Shown: positions 1-9,732, counted from the stretch's first letter. The stretch is 64,000 bases of DNA from Candidatus Vogelbacteria bacterium RIFOXYD1_FULL_51_18 (GCA_001823095.1 MHTL01000014.1:1881-65880); one strand, 5' to 3'. Made by a program: numbers and translations. Notes: generated by a model from the letters alone, not told the origin.

Positions 1-958
1 GTCAGTCTTCGGCGATGCCTTTCGCGATTTTATGGAGGAGAAGCCGGACGACGCGAGGATGATTATCGGCAAGGTTGCGCTTGCCATGAAAGCGCGCAAA
101 GCCGCTAAAGCCGCCAAAGACAGCGTCTTGCGCAAAGGCGCGCTTGAGGGAATGACGCTCCCAGGCAAGCTCGCCGACTGCCAGACCAAGAGTGCGGAGG
201 AGGCGGAGCTCTTTATTGTGGAGGGGGATTCTGCCGGCGGCTCGGGCAAGCAGGGCAGGGACCGTCGTACCCAGGCAGTGCTCCCCCTGAAGGGGAAAAT
301 TTTGAATGTTGAACGGGCGCGTTTGGATAAGATTCTTGCCTTTCAAGAAATTAAGCACCTCATCATTGCGCTCGGCGCCGCTATCGGCGATGCCTTTGAC
401 CTCTCTAAATTGCGCTATCATAAAATTATTATTGCAACCGATGCCGATGTGGATGGCGCGCACATCCGCACTCTGCTCCTTACACTCTTCTTCAGGCACT
501 TTGTGCGAATCATAGAAGGGGGCTACCTTTACATCGCCCAGCCGCCACTCTATAAAATTAAATATGGGAAAGAATCTTACTACGCGTTCAGCGATGACGA
601 AAAGGCAAAAGTCTTAAGCCGCCTTGGTGTGGATGCGAGCGCAGAGCCGGAGCCGGAACAAGAAGAAGAGAGCGAGGAAGAGCTTGCGGAAGAAGTCCGA
701 TCCGCCACGGCGGATCGGACTTCGGGGAGCAAGCGCACAAATAAAGTATCCATCCAGCGCTATAAGGGTCTTGGCGAGATGAATCCGGATGAGCTCTGGG
801 AGACCACCATGGACCCCGAGCGGCGCATTCTCAAACAGGTAACCGTGCACGATGCCGAGGAGGCCGACCGAACCTTTGACACCCTCATGGGCGCTGACGT
901 GAGCTCGCGCAGACACTTCATTCAAACTCACGCCAAACTGGCGAATTTAGATGTTTGA
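1..958 (+). CDS. gyrB: DNA gyrase subunit B, 5'-partial
   Basis: [18 protein letters not shown] and [10 protein letters not shown] (TOPRIM) and [10 protein letters not shown] motifs; frame open from the window start. Confidence 0.97.
   Translation, partial: SVFGDAFRDFMEEKPDDARMIIGKVALAMKARKAAKAAKDSVLRKGALEGMTLPGKLADCQTKSAEEAELFIVEGDSAGGSGKQGRDRRTQAVLPLKGKILNVERARLDKILAFQEIKHLIIALGAAIGDAFDLSKLRYHKIIIATDADVDGAHIRTLLLTLFFRHFVRIIEGGYLYIAQPPLYKIKYGKESYYAFSDDEKAKVLSRLGVDASAEPEPEQEEESEEELAEEVRSATADRTSGSKRTNKVSIQRYKGLGEMNPDELWETTMDPERRILKQVTVHDAEEADRTFDTLMGADVSSRRHFIQTHAKLANLDV
692..723. repeat. Palindrome inside gyrB (15-bp arms, 2-nt loop)
   Basis: gaagtccgatccgcc-ac-ggcggatcggacttc. Confidence 0.9.
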
Positions 959-989
959 TAACGTTATTTTTTTGTGTTATGATACAAGC

Positions 990-1232
990 ATGAAAACTAC
1001 ACGGCAAAAAATATATCAGTATACGGCAGTATTTGAGAGAAATGAGCTCGGCGGCTATACAGTTACAGTTCCCAGTTTGCCCGGTCTGGTGACTGAAGGC
1101 AAAAATCTTGAGCATGCTCGCACTATGGCGGAGGATGCCATCTCCTGTTATGTGGAAGGTCTGCAAAAGGAGCGTGAAGCAGTCAACTCTATTCTCGCAC
1201 AAGCAGAAATTCAGATTGACGATTTACTTTAA
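990..1232 (+). CDS. HicB-family antitoxin with a HicA-like tail (possible deletion chimera)
   Basis: YTAVFE..GGYTVTVPSLPGLVTEG...EDAI is the HicB pattern; ATG at 990 follows a TGTTATGAT -10. Confidence 0.8.
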   Translation: MKTTRQKIYQYTAVFERNELGGYTVTVPSLPGLVTEGKNLEHARTMAEDAISCYVEGLQKEREAVNSILAQAEIQIDDLL

Positions 1233-2960
1233 TGTAGAAACAAACTCTTCCAATGTGAGAGCCCCGAGAGTGCCTTCGCGGCTTTCGGCGGTGATGGTAT
1301 GGGAAGCAAGCTCTTTGTCGCCCACGACGAGGAGGTAAGGGATTTTGTTGAGCTTACTGTCGCGGATGCGCTTGCCTAAGGACTCATCGCGCTCGTCCAG
1401 CTCGGCGCGGACGCCTCGCTGTTTCAACACATCCGTTACCTCTCGCGCGTACTCCTTGTGCGCGCCGCCGACGGGGAACGCTACTGCTTGCACGGGCGCA
1501 AGCCAGAGAGGGAAGGCGCCCCCAAAATGCTCAATCATAATGGCCATAAAGCGCTCCAGAGATCCTGCGATAGCGCGATGTATCATCACCGGCCTCTGTC
1601 GTGAGCCATCCTCGGCTGTATACTCCAGACCAAAACGCTCCGGCATCACAAAGTCTATTTGGACAGTGCCCAACTGCCATTCTCGGCCCAGCGAATCCTT
1701 AAATATAAAGTCCAGTTTGGGGCCGTAGAACGCCGCCTCGCCCTCTACCCGTTTGTAGTTCAGCGCTTCTCTCTTTGCGCATTTCTCCAGCGCCGCCTCC
1801 GCCTCCGCCCAATTTCTATCTTCCCCGAGATATTTCTCTTTATGAGCCATGTCGCGCACCGAGAGCGAGACACGGTACTTGTCCTCGGCAAACATGCCAA
1901 GCTCGGTGTAGAAAGCCTTGATAACGTGGATAATGTGCGTCACCTCTGCTCCTACTTGCTCCAGACGGCAGAAGACGTGCCCATCGTCTTGGGTAATAGC
2001 GCGCACCCGCGAGAGACCGAGAAGTTCGCCCTGCTGTTCGTCGCGGTAGACCGCAGTCGTCTCCATATAACGGATAGGGAGCTCTTTATAACTCCTCTGG
2101 GCGCTCGCATAGATTTGCGTGTGGTGCGGGCAGTTCATCGGCTTCATCACGAATTCTGTCTCACTGCGGCCTTTGACGTAAAAAAGGTCATCCTTGAATT
2201 TTTCCCAGTGGCCGCTCGTCTCGTAGAGTTCGCGCTTGGTGATGTGGGGGATAGTCACTCGCTCGTAGCCGTGCTCTTTTTGAAGGGTCTGTATCTTTTC
2301 TACAATCAGGTCGCGCACCAGCGTGCCCTTGGGAGTAAAGAGGGGCAGTCCCGAGCCGACGAGGTCAGAGAAGGCAAAGAGCCCGAGCTCTCTGCCAAGC
2401 TTCCTATGGTCGCGCAATGCCGCTTCCTCCTTTAGGCTTTCCCATTCGGCAAGCTCCTTGGGGGTGGCAAACGCCGCGCCGTAGATGCGGGTGAGCATGG
2501 CGTTTTTTTCATCCCCGCGCCAATAGGCGCCGGCAGTATGCGTAATGGCAAAGGCATCCGGATTTATTTCTGACGTGTTTGCGACATGTGGACCGACACA
2601 GAGGTCGTTAAAAGAGCCAGATGTGTAGGTCGTAAGCTTTTCCCCTCTCTCTACGAGTTCATTAATGAGCTCTAGTTTATATGGTTCATCTTTAAATTGC
2701 GCATGCGCCTCGTCGGGACTGACTTCAGCGAGAGTAAATGCGAGATGCTCTGCAATGAGCTCGCGCATGCGCGCTTCAAAGCGCTTCAGATCATCCGGAG
2801 AAGGGGAATAGCCCGAGGAGAAGGCAAAATCGTAGTAAAAGCCACTCTCAATCACTGGACCAATACCGAGCTTCACCCCCGTGTTCTTCTCCTTGACTGC
2901 TATGGCCAGCAGGTGCGCCAGTGAATGCCGCACGCGGGTGAGCTGATCTCCTGTATCCAT
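1224..2960 (-). CDS. thrS: Threonine--tRNA ligase
   Basis: RHSLAHLLA, DLCVGPHV, RDHRKLG, KPMNCPHH, AFYGPKLD, MIHRAI. Confidence 0.98.
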   Translation of the reverse strand: MDTGDQLTRVRHSLAHLLAIAVKEKNTGVKLGIGPVIESGFYYDFAFSSGYSPSPDDLKRFEARMRELIAEHLAFTLAEVSPDEAHAQFKDEPYKLELINELVERGEKLTTYTSGSFNDLCVGPHVANTSEINPDAFAITHTAGAYWRGDEKNAMLTRIYGAAFATPKELAEWESLKEEAALRDHRKLGRELGLFAFSDLVGSGLPLFTPKGTLVRDLIVEKIQTLQKEHGYERVTIPHITKRELYETSGHWEKFKDDLFYVKGRSETEFVMKPMNCPHHTQIYASAQRSYKELPIRYMETTAVYRDEQQGELLGLSRVRAITQDDGHVFCRLEQVGAEVTHIIHVIKAFYTELGMFAEDKYRVSLSVRDMAHKEKYLGEDRNWAEAEAALEKCAKREALNYKRVEGEAAFYGPKLDFIFKDSLGREWQLGTVQIDFVMPERFGLEYTAEDGSRQRPVMIHRAIAGSLERFMAIMIEHFGGAFPLWLAPVQAVAFPVGGAHKEYAREVTDVLKQRGVRAELDERDESLGKRIRDSKLNKIPYLLVVGDKELASHTITAESREGTLGALTLEEFVSTLK

Positions 2961-3022
2961 ATAGAAATACTAACAGAAAAGGCTTTTTTTGTCTTGCCGT
3001 ATATGCTACAGTTACCGTACCT

Positions 3023-3556
3023 ATGCATCTGCGCACGAAAAGGGTCGCAGGGTTCACGCTCATTGAACTCCTTGTTGTTATCGGCATTATCGGCATCCTC
3101 TCGAGCATTGTGCTTGCCTCTCTCCAAACCTCGCGCAAAAAAGCCCTTGATGCGGCGGTGCAGGAGCAATTAGTGGCTATGCGGTCGGCGGTGGAATTGT
3201 ATGCCTTAGACCACAATGGTCTATATACATCGCTTACAGTATTACCATTATTTACTGGAGTAATGGATGAAGACTGCGATGCTGTTAATGCAGAAACTAG
3301 CAATTGGTATGCAAATGATTCTGTGATAGAGCCAATGATAGCTAAAATCAATGAGGCGTCTGGACGAGTAATATGCGCGGCGAATAATACGTATACTAAA
3401 TGGGCAGTTTCTGCACGCTTACCCACAAGTCCGATGTCCCCATCCGCTAATTTGAAATGGTGGTGTGTAGATGGCTATGGGACTTCAAAACAATTCATAG
3501 GGGCGATTCCTATTAATGGAGGATTCCCGTCTTACTACGACGCAAAATGCGAATAG
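3023..3556 (+). CDS. Type IV pilin-like protein 1
   Basis: Prepilin motif G|FTLIELLVVIGIIGIL; 4 Cys; WWCVD. Confidence 0.92.
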   Translation: MHLRTKRVAGFTLIELLVVIGIIGILSSIVLASLQTSRKKALDAAVQEQLVAMRSAVELYALDHNGLYTSLTVLPLFTGVMDEDCDAVNAETSNWYANDSVIEPMIAKINEASGRVICAANNTYTKWAVSARLPTSPMSPSANLKWWCVDGYGTSKQFIGAIPINGGFPSYYDAKCE

Positions 3557-3763
3557 ATATGCACAGGGAGCATTGTGCCTAGCAAAAGCCAGCGCTATGA
3601 TAAAAGCGTTATTTGCTCGCTTAATGTAGATACTATGAAATTCTCTCGGCAAGGGTTTACCCTCATTGAACTCCTTGTTGTTATCGGCATTATCGGCATC
3701 CTCTCGAGCATTGTGTTAGTCTCACTTCAGACCTCGCGCAAAAAAGCCCTTGATGCGGCGGTG
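3059..3763 (+). repeat. Direct repeats shared by the two pilin 5' ends
   Basis: 54-bp identity 3059-3112 = 3662-3715; 33-bp identity 3128-3160 = 3731-3763. Confidence 0.9.
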
Positions 3764-4171
3764 ATACAGGAGATGAACAGTGTACGATCAGCGGTAGAGC
3801 TGTATGCTTCTATTCATAATGATAAGTATGCCGATGGGACGGCAAACCCTCCCCTAAATGGTTTTTCTAATGATGTAAGCTGTGATCTTGCTTCTCCACT
3901 TACCCCTACCAATGGTTGGTATGGGAATGATCCATCAGTAGCAAAGATATTGTCTAGTTTAAAGTCAAGGACGTCTTACATCTCCTGCGCTTTAAATTAT
4001 GGATATACACAATGGGCGGCAGTTTCCAAACTTCCTTCAGGCCCAACTTCAGGAGCTGGGCAGATTTGGCGATGTGTTGATTGGAAAGGAACGTCAAAAC
4101 AATATACTCAACCGACCCCACCAATGACATCTACTGGCATTTCGCGGATTACAACAGTCAACTGTCTCTAG
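3635..4171 (+). CDS. Type IV pilin-like protein 2
   Basis: MKFSRQG|FTLIELLVVIGIIGIL; same Cys pattern, WRCVD. Confidence 0.92.
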   Translation: MKFSRQGFTLIELLVVIGIIGILSSIVLVSLQTSRKKALDAAVIQEMNSVRSAVELYASIHNDKYADGTANPPLNGFSNDVSCDLASPLTPTNGWYGNDPSVAKILSSLKSRTSYISCALNYGYTQWAAVSKLPSGPTSGAGQIWRCVDWKGTSKQYTQPTPPMTSTGISRITTVNCL

Positions 4172-4176
4172 GTTTG

Positions 4177-7100
4177 TCATATCCTCTTCACTCCCTCCGC
4201 CACAATTGAGAGTTCGCTATTGCGAGTAGAAACGCGGCCGCGAATGGCAATACAAGTGCCTGCGGTGAGAATTTCTCGGCGCTCGTTGTAGATGCGCGGG
4301 AAGGCAACCACCTCTATGCGGTCGCTCAAGTCAGAGAGTTTGATAAAGGCCATACGTTCGTTATTTTTTGTTGTCACCTCACGCAGTTCGTCAATAAGCC
4401 CGGCTACCACCACAAGCGACCCATCACTCATTTCTTTTGCGTTTGCGATAGTATTCTTGCCTCCATTTTCAGACAAGAGCTTCTCGCGGTACTTATCCAA
4501 GGGGTGGCCCGAAACGTAGAGACCGAGAAGTTCTTTTTCCCAGCCGAGTATGATCTCCGGAGGGATGGGTCCTGCTGGTTTTAACTTGAGGGCTGGCACA
4601 GTCCCGGAATCAGTCATGAGACCAAAGAGCGAATCCTGCGAATCCCCGTGCTTATGGAGCTCGCGCGCGTACTCAATGGATTCCTCAATGTTCGCTAAGA
4701 GCATTGCCCGGTTCTTCTCCACGCTGTCTAGCGCTCCCGCCTTGATGAGTGATTCCAACGACTTGCGGTTGAGGTTTTTATGGCGCACCCGTTCAAGAAA
4801 GTCTGCAAAGGAGCTAAAGGACCCATGCTCCTTGCGTTCACTCGCGATGGCCTCGGCAATCTCGGCGCCTAAATTTTTTATTGAGTAGAGTCCAAAGCGG
4901 ATCTTATTCATAGTAGACACCGGATGTTTATCCGCCGCGGCGGACCCAACATCCGGTGTTTTTGGTGTCTTCAACACGGTAAAGTCCCCGTAGCTCTCAT
5001 TCACATCGGGCGGGAGCACGAGGATATTCATACGCTTGCACTCCTCAATAATGCTCGCCACCTCGTCCACATCGCCCGATTCGGCGGAGAGCACCGCTGT
5101 CATATACTCGCTCGGGTAGTGCGCCTTCATGTACGCAGTCTGGTAGGCCACGTGCCCGTAGCTTGCCGCGTGCGCTTTGTTGAATCCATAGGCGGCAAAG
5201 GGTTCAATAAGGAGCCACAGCGCACGCGCCTTCTCCTTGGAAAGTTTTCCGTGTGAGATAAATCCTTCCAGGAGCTTCTCTTTTTGGGTTGCCATCTCCG
5301 CAGGAATCTTCTTGCCCATTGCCTTACGCAGTTTGTCCGCCTCGGTCCAGCTGTAGCCCGCGAGCAGAATGGCAATCATCATAACATCGTCTTGATAGGT
5401 GATCACGCCGTAGCTCTGATACAGAATCTTTTCCATGCGCGGGTCAAGGTAGCTTACCAGCCGCGGATTGTGCTTGCGGCGAATGTACTCGGGGATAGAC
5501 TCCATCGGTCCCGGGCGATAGAGCGCGACCATGGCGTTGATGTCGTGGATGCTGGAGGGTTTGAGCTCCTTGAGCCATCGCGTCATGCCCGAGCCGCCCA
5601 GCTGGAAGAGCGCGTACGTTTCGCCGCGCGCGAGCATGGCAAAGGTTTTTGCGTCGTCAAGAGGGAGTGCGCTCAAGTCAATCGTCTTTTTCACTGTTTC
5701 TTGCACCAAACGCGCCGCGCCTTCAAGAATGGAGAGGTTCCTGATGCCGAGAAAGTCAAACTTAAGGAGCCCAGCATCCTCAACGCTGTGCATATCATAC
5801 TGGGTGATAATCTTCCCGCCCTTGGGGTCAAGCTGGACGGGGACAAAGTCGGTAATCTCGGTAGGCGCAATCACTACTCCTGCGGCGTGGACGCTAATGT
5901 GCCGCGCGCAACCTTCCAACTTTTTAGCCAAGTCCATAATCTCGCGCACCTCTGCCTCATCCTCGTACATTTTTTTTAGTTCCGGCTCCAATTCCATAGC
6001 GCGGTCAATCGTCATGGGGAAGCCCTGACTGCCCATAGGGATAAGTTTGGACACGCGGTCGCCGAGGGCGTAAGGATGCCCCAGCGCGCGCGCGACGTCG
6101 CGGACGGCGCCTCGCGCCATCATGGAGCCAAAAGTGCCAATCTGTGCCACCTTCTCCTCGCCGTACTTCTCGCGCACATAGTCTAGGACTTTTTCCCTCC
6201 CGTTGTCGGCGAAGTCCATATCAATATCGGGTGGCGAGGGGCGGTCGGGGTTGAGAAAGCGCTCAAAAGGGAGCTTGTATTTGAGCGGATCAACTGCGCC
6301 GATGCCGATAAGGTAAGAAACGAGCGAGCCAGCCGCAGATCCTCTCGTATTAGTAAGCACGCCGAGGCGCTTTGCCGCGCTGTAGATATCGGCAACGGTG
6401 AGAAAGTAGGGCGCGTAGCCTTTGCGGCAAATAATGTCTAGTTCATATCGCATGCGTTCGAGAGCGCTCTCGCCAAAATCAGGATTGCGTGTGAGGTACT
6501 CTGCAAGTCCCGCTTCTGTCTTCTTGATGAGCTCATGCTCAAAACTGGATCCCTTAGGGATCTGGTAGTCAGGAAAGCGCCATGTGCCCAGCGGGAGTTC
6601 AATATCAACGAGTTCTGCAACGCGGAGCGTGTTATCTACTGCCTCTGGCGCGTCGGCAAAGAATGAACGGAATGTTTTCTCGTCAACAAAGGAGAAATCC
6701 TCGGTGCTGTTTGCCATGTCTCTGGTGTCCTGAATATCAGTATTAGTTTGCACGGCCACGAGAGTGTGGTGCGCGCGCTGGTCTTCAGCATTGAGGTAAT
6801 GCGCATCATGAGTCGCCACAAGGGGGACATTAAGCTCGCGAGCTATCTCAATGAGGAGCGCTTTGACGCGCGCCCCACCCTCAATGCCCGGGTGCTGCAT
6901 AATTTCCACAAAGTAGTGTTCTGCGCCAAAAATCTCCTGGTACTCGCGGACAAGCGCGCGCAGTTTGTCACGGTCTCCTACCGCGGCTGCCTGCGAAAGT
7001 TCGCTGCCCATACACCCCGAGAGGCAGACAAGCCCATCATGGTGCTCACGCAGAAGCTCCTTGTCCATGCGCGGCTTGTAGTAATAACCCTCCAAATTTG

Positions 7101-7422
7101 CTTTAGTGACAAGCTTGATGAGATCCCGGTAGCCGCTCTCGTTTTTGGCGAGAAGCGTGAGATGGTAGCGTCGAGCGTCAATGCGCGCCTCTTTGTCAAA
7201 GCGCGAGCGGACGGCCATGTAGGCTTCCACGCCGATGATGGGTTTGATGCCGGCCGCGGTGCATTTTTTGTAAAATTCCAGCGCGCCGTAGAGGTTGCCG
7301 TGGTCGGTGAGGCCGAGGGCGGGAGAGCCGTACTCCTTGGCCTTCTTTACCAAATCAGGAATTTTCATCAGACCATCCAAGAGCGAGTAGTGACTGTGGT
7401 TGTGGAGGTGTACGAAGGCCAT
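4177..7422 (-). CDS. dnaE: DNA polymerase III alpha subunit
   Basis: FVHLHNHSHYSLLDG (PHP), RGSAAGS, PDIDMDF, YGFNKAHA, C-terminal OB fold. Confidence 0.98.
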   Translation of the reverse strand: MAFVHLHNHSHYSLLDGLMKIPDLVKKAKEYGSPALGLTDHGNLYGALEFYKKCTAAGIKPIIGVEAYMAVRSRFDKEARIDARRYHLTLLAKNESGYRDLIKLVTKANLEGYYYKPRMDKELLREHHDGLVCLSGCMGSELSQAAAVGDRDKLRALVREYQEIFGAEHYFVEIMQHPGIEGGARVKALLIEIARELNVPLVATHDAHYLNAEDQRAHHTLVAVQTNTDIQDTRDMANSTEDFSFVDEKTFRSFFADAPEAVDNTLRVAELVDIELPLGTWRFPDYQIPKGSSFEHELIKKTEAGLAEYLTRNPDFGESALERMRYELDIICRKGYAPYFLTVADIYSAAKRLGVLTNTRGSAAGSLVSYLIGIGAVDPLKYKLPFERFLNPDRPSPPDIDMDFADNGREKVLDYVREKYGEEKVAQIGTFGSMMARGAVRDVARALGHPYALGDRVSKLIPMGSQGFPMTIDRAMELEPELKKMYEDEAEVREIMDLAKKLEGCARHISVHAAGVVIAPTEITDFVPVQLDPKGGKIITQYDMHSVEDAGLLKFDFLGIRNLSILEGAARLVQETVKKTIDLSALPLDDAKTFAMLARGETYALFQLGGSGMTRWLKELKPSSIHDINAMVALYRPGPMESIPEYIRRKHNPRLVSYLDPRMEKILYQSYGVITYQDDVMMIAILLAGYSWTEADKLRKAMGKKIPAEMATQKEKLLEGFISHGKLSKEKARALWLLIEPFAAYGFNKAHAASYGHVAYQTAYMKAHYPSEYMTAVLSAESGDVDEVASIIEECKRMNILVLPPDVNESYGDFTVLKTPKTPDVGSAAADKHPVSTMNKIRFGLYSIKNLGAEIAEAIASERKEHGSFSSFADFLERVRHKNLNRKSLESLIKAGALDSVEKNRAMLLANIEESIEYARELHKHGDSQDSLFGLMTDSGTVPALKLKPAGPIPPEIILGWEKELLGLYVSGHPLDKYREKLLSENGGKNTIANAKEMSDGSLVVVAGLIDELREVTTKNNERMAFIKLSDLSDRIEVVAFPRIYNERREILTAGTCIAIRGRVSTRNSELSIVAEGVKRI
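4917..4959. repeat. Nested palindrome inside dnaE
   Basis: acaccggatgtt..tccgccgcggcgga..aacatccggtgt. Confidence 0.85.
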
Positions 7423-7457
7423 GCCGCTAGTATAGCAGAGCCCACCATTCCCGCCGA

Positions 7458-7495
7458 TGTAATAATCCTCTCACGATCGTGGAAGGATTATTACA
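7458..7495. repeat. 38-bp palindrome with CACGATCGTG core, downstream of the PaaX/Cas2-like gene
   Basis: tgtaataatcct-ct-cacgatcgtg-ga-aggattattaca. Confidence 0.92.
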
Positions 7496-7507
7496 ATCCC
7501 ATTTTGT

Positions 7508-8086
7508 TTATTTTAAAGGTAGGTCAAATGCTTTGCGTAGCCATCGGTCATTCTCAATAAAATCGGCAGTGAGATAGAGCACGTCTTTACCTATGTGGAT
7601 ATGCGCTTTCAAGAGCGTCACTACTTCTTGGCATTCGTACGGGTAGACCCATACACTCCGCTGGAGCTGGATAAAACCAAGTTGTGTAAGCCAGATGCGC
7701 AACGTATCTCTAGCGCCGCGCCTGGTTTCTTTGATGTCAAAGATAATGATTCTATATTTCTTATCCCACCGACGCGGTGTGGCGAGTGTTATATGTTTAA
7801 GCCGATACTGCATAAGGAGATCCCTGCCCTTTTCTGTAAGTCTCAATACCTTTCCAACTACCGGGTCTTGCTCCTGTTTGATTAACCCTTGCCGGATACA
7901 ACGCGTGACGACTACGTTTACATAGTGACACTTCTGCCGCCTGAAGAGAGGGGTGTATTTTAAGAGGCGCATTGCATTCGGCGCAACAGCGGCAAGGGCG
8001 AGGATCCCTGTGACGGCGATAAGACCAAGCACAATGGCGCTCACATCCCCTAGCACCCCCGATTTCTCTTTTTGTTTTTTCTCCAT
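7508..8086 (-). CDS. PaaX-like protein: wHTH plus Cas2/VapD-like domain, hydrophobic N-terminus
   Basis: LRLTEKG wing; WDKKYRIIIFDIKETRR...LGFIQLQRSVWVYPY. Confidence 0.85.
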   Translation of the reverse strand: MEKKQKEKSGVLGDVSAIVLGLIAVTGILALAAVAPNAMRLLKYTPLFRRQKCHYVNVVVTRCIRQGLIKQEQDPVVGKVLRLTEKGRDLLMQYRLKHITLATPRRWDKKYRIIIFDIKETRRGARDTLRIWLTQLGFIQLQRSVWVYPYECQEVVTLLKAHIHIGKDVLYLTADFIENDRWLRKAFDLPLK

Positions 8087-8124
8087 TGTAATAATCTTAC
8101 CACGATCGTAAGAAGATTATTACA
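8087..8124. repeat. 38-bp palindrome abutting the start codon of the PaaX/Cas2-like gene
   Basis: tgtaataatctt-ac-cacgatcgta-ag-aagattattaca. Confidence 0.92.
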
Positions 8125-8205
8125 CTGTACAAAATTATATAAGAGTGATATTCTATAGAAAACCCTAGCGTAGCTGGGATGATCTTTGTAAAACGAGGTG
8201 TTGAT

Positions 8206-8403
8206 ATGACAGATATGACAGGAAAAGAAACACGTATAGTAAGTGCTATTAATGAGCCTAGTTTCTCTAAGGATATGGAGGAAGAAATTAAACTCCGCGC
8301 GTTTATCATTCTAAGAGCACTTGATGAAATGGACGAGGAACTTCAAAATCGCGCCGACTTACATGCAACACTTAATCCAAACACCTCAATGCCCCCATCG
8401 TAG
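8206..8403 (+). CDS. Small hypothetical protein
   Basis: GAGGTG SD before the ATG; terminator follows. Confidence 0.5.
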   Translation: MTDMTGKETRIVSAINEPSFSKDMEEEIKLRAFIILRALDEMDEELQNRADLHATLNPNTSMPPS

Positions 8404-8418
8404 GGGGCTTTTGTTTTT
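8391..8418 (+). terminator. Intrinsic terminator
   Basis: gccccc-atcgta-gggggc plus T-tract. Confidence 0.7.
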
Positions 8419-8434
8419 GGTGTATACTCTTGAT

Positions 8435-9046
8435 ATGGCACGGACACGTTGGGTGGTGGGGGTGGACGAGGCGGGACGGGGGCCGCTTGCCGGGCCGGTA
8501 TCGGTTGCGGCGCTTGCCTTCCCCGAGCCGCTCTATGCAAAACGTGCGGGTATTCTCCACGGCATCCGCGACTCAAAAAAACTCACCGAGCTCGGCCGCG
8601 AGCGCTGGTATACAAAGCTCTCTGCGCAGGCAAAAGCGGGGAACATCAAATTTGCCTCTAGTATGGTCTCTCACAGCGTCATTGACCGCCGAGGGATTAG
8701 CAAGGCAACCGCGCTCGGCGTTGCGCGGACGCTCATAAAGCTTGATTTACATCCTGCCACAACCCGCGTGCTCCTTGACGGCTCACTTGCCGCACCGGCT
8801 CTGTGGCGCAATCAGAAGACTATCGTGAGAGGCGATGATCGGGTGGCAATCATTGCGGCGGCATCAGTAATTGCCAAAGTGCGCCGCGACCGGCGCATGA
8901 AGCGTCTCTCACTGCGTTATCCAGATTACGGCTTTGCCGTCCACAAGGGCTACGGCACGGCGAGCCACTACCGTATGCTCAAAAAGCGCGGTCTCTCTCT
9001 TATCCACCGCAGGAGCTTTTGCAAAAAATTGTTCCCTATGGTATAA
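8435..9046 (+). CDS. rnhB: Ribonuclease HII
   Basis: GVDEAGRGPLAGPV, DSKKL, AAASVIAKV.RD, HKGYGT. Confidence 0.97.
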   Translation: MARTRWVVGVDEAGRGPLAGPVSVAALAFPEPLYAKRAGILHGIRDSKKLTELGRERWYTKLSAQAKAGNIKFASSMVSHSVIDRRGISKATALGVARTLIKLDLHPATTRVLLDGSLAAPALWRNQKTIVRGDDRVAIIAAASVIAKVRRDRRMKRLSLRYPDYGFAVHKGYGTASHYRMLKKRGLSLIHRRSFCKKLFPMV

Positions 9047-9082
9047 TATACATAGGTAATCTTTAAGAAAGGGGATTGGTTG

Positions 9083-9370
9083 ATGGCAGAACAGTACCGC
9101 TACAACTGCATAGTTGGGGGCGTGCACAGACAGCTCCTTACACCTGAACTGGGAAGCGCCGTGTTTTTAAAAGCAGCACAAACGCGGGGAAGTCCCAAGA
9201 GGCGGGTATGCGCCGAGCCGGGCTGTATCACAGTACTCTCGGGCAGCAATGAGGGCGCCAAGTGCCGGAGGCATCAGGATACAGAGTTCATACGGGCAAC
9301 CGCGCAGAGTCCAGGGCGGACAGTGGTCCGCCGAAGGAATGCAGGGAGACGAAAAGGGAGAGGAACATGA
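9083..9370 (+). CDS. Hypothetical basic protein with putative Zn-binding motif
   Basis: CAEPGC..VLS..N....CRRH; promoter and SD upstream. Confidence 0.6.
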   Translation: MAEQYRYNCIVGGVHRQLLTPELGSAVFLKAAQTRGSPKRRVCAEPGCITVLSGSNEGAKCRRHQDTEFIRATAQSPGRTVVRRRNAGRRKGRGT

Positions 9371-9642
9371 AAACAGAAAGCTTCCAAAATGATCGGCCGA
9401 GTGAGCGGGCGTTGCGCGACTTGGACATCTACTTGGCGCATCATGGCACAGTGTCGCGCCATAGGCAGGCATGCATTGATTGCGGCGCTCTCTTGAATCA
9501 CTACAACTCTGGGCCGCGGTGCCTCCCTTGTGAGAGAGAAGAGGAGAAACGGCAATTAGAGCGCAGGCTCAAACGTTTCCACCCGCTGGATTTGGGGAGA
9601 GTTCGCAACCGGCACCGGCTCTTTAGCCACTTTGCCAAATAG
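9367..9642 (+). CDS. Hypothetical protein with putative Zn-binding motif
   Basis: CIDC..LLNHYN....CLPC; ATGA overlap with the previous ORF. Confidence 0.6.
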   Translation: MKTESFQNDRPSERALRDLDIYLAHHGTVSRHRQACIDCGALLNHYNSGPRCLPCEREEEKRQLERRLKRFHPLDLGRVRNRHRLFSHFAK

Positions 9643-9732
9643 TTCACCCATCCTCTGCTGTGGCTTTTGCCTCGACTTACCATCGGGGCTTTTTTTCTTT
9701 ACTTTTCCTCTCCTCCCGTGTATAGTAGGCGG

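Noticed and set aside
3059-3763. Shufflon or DGR acting on the pilins
   Set aside because: Repeats are direct and at the 5' end; no adjacent invertase or RT, and no silent cassettes.
7458-8124. CRISPR-Cas locus suggested by the Cas2-like domain and ~38-bp palindromic repeats
   Set aside because: Only two repeats, 591 bp apart with a gene between them; no spacer-sized periodicity and no cas1 or effector genes in the window.
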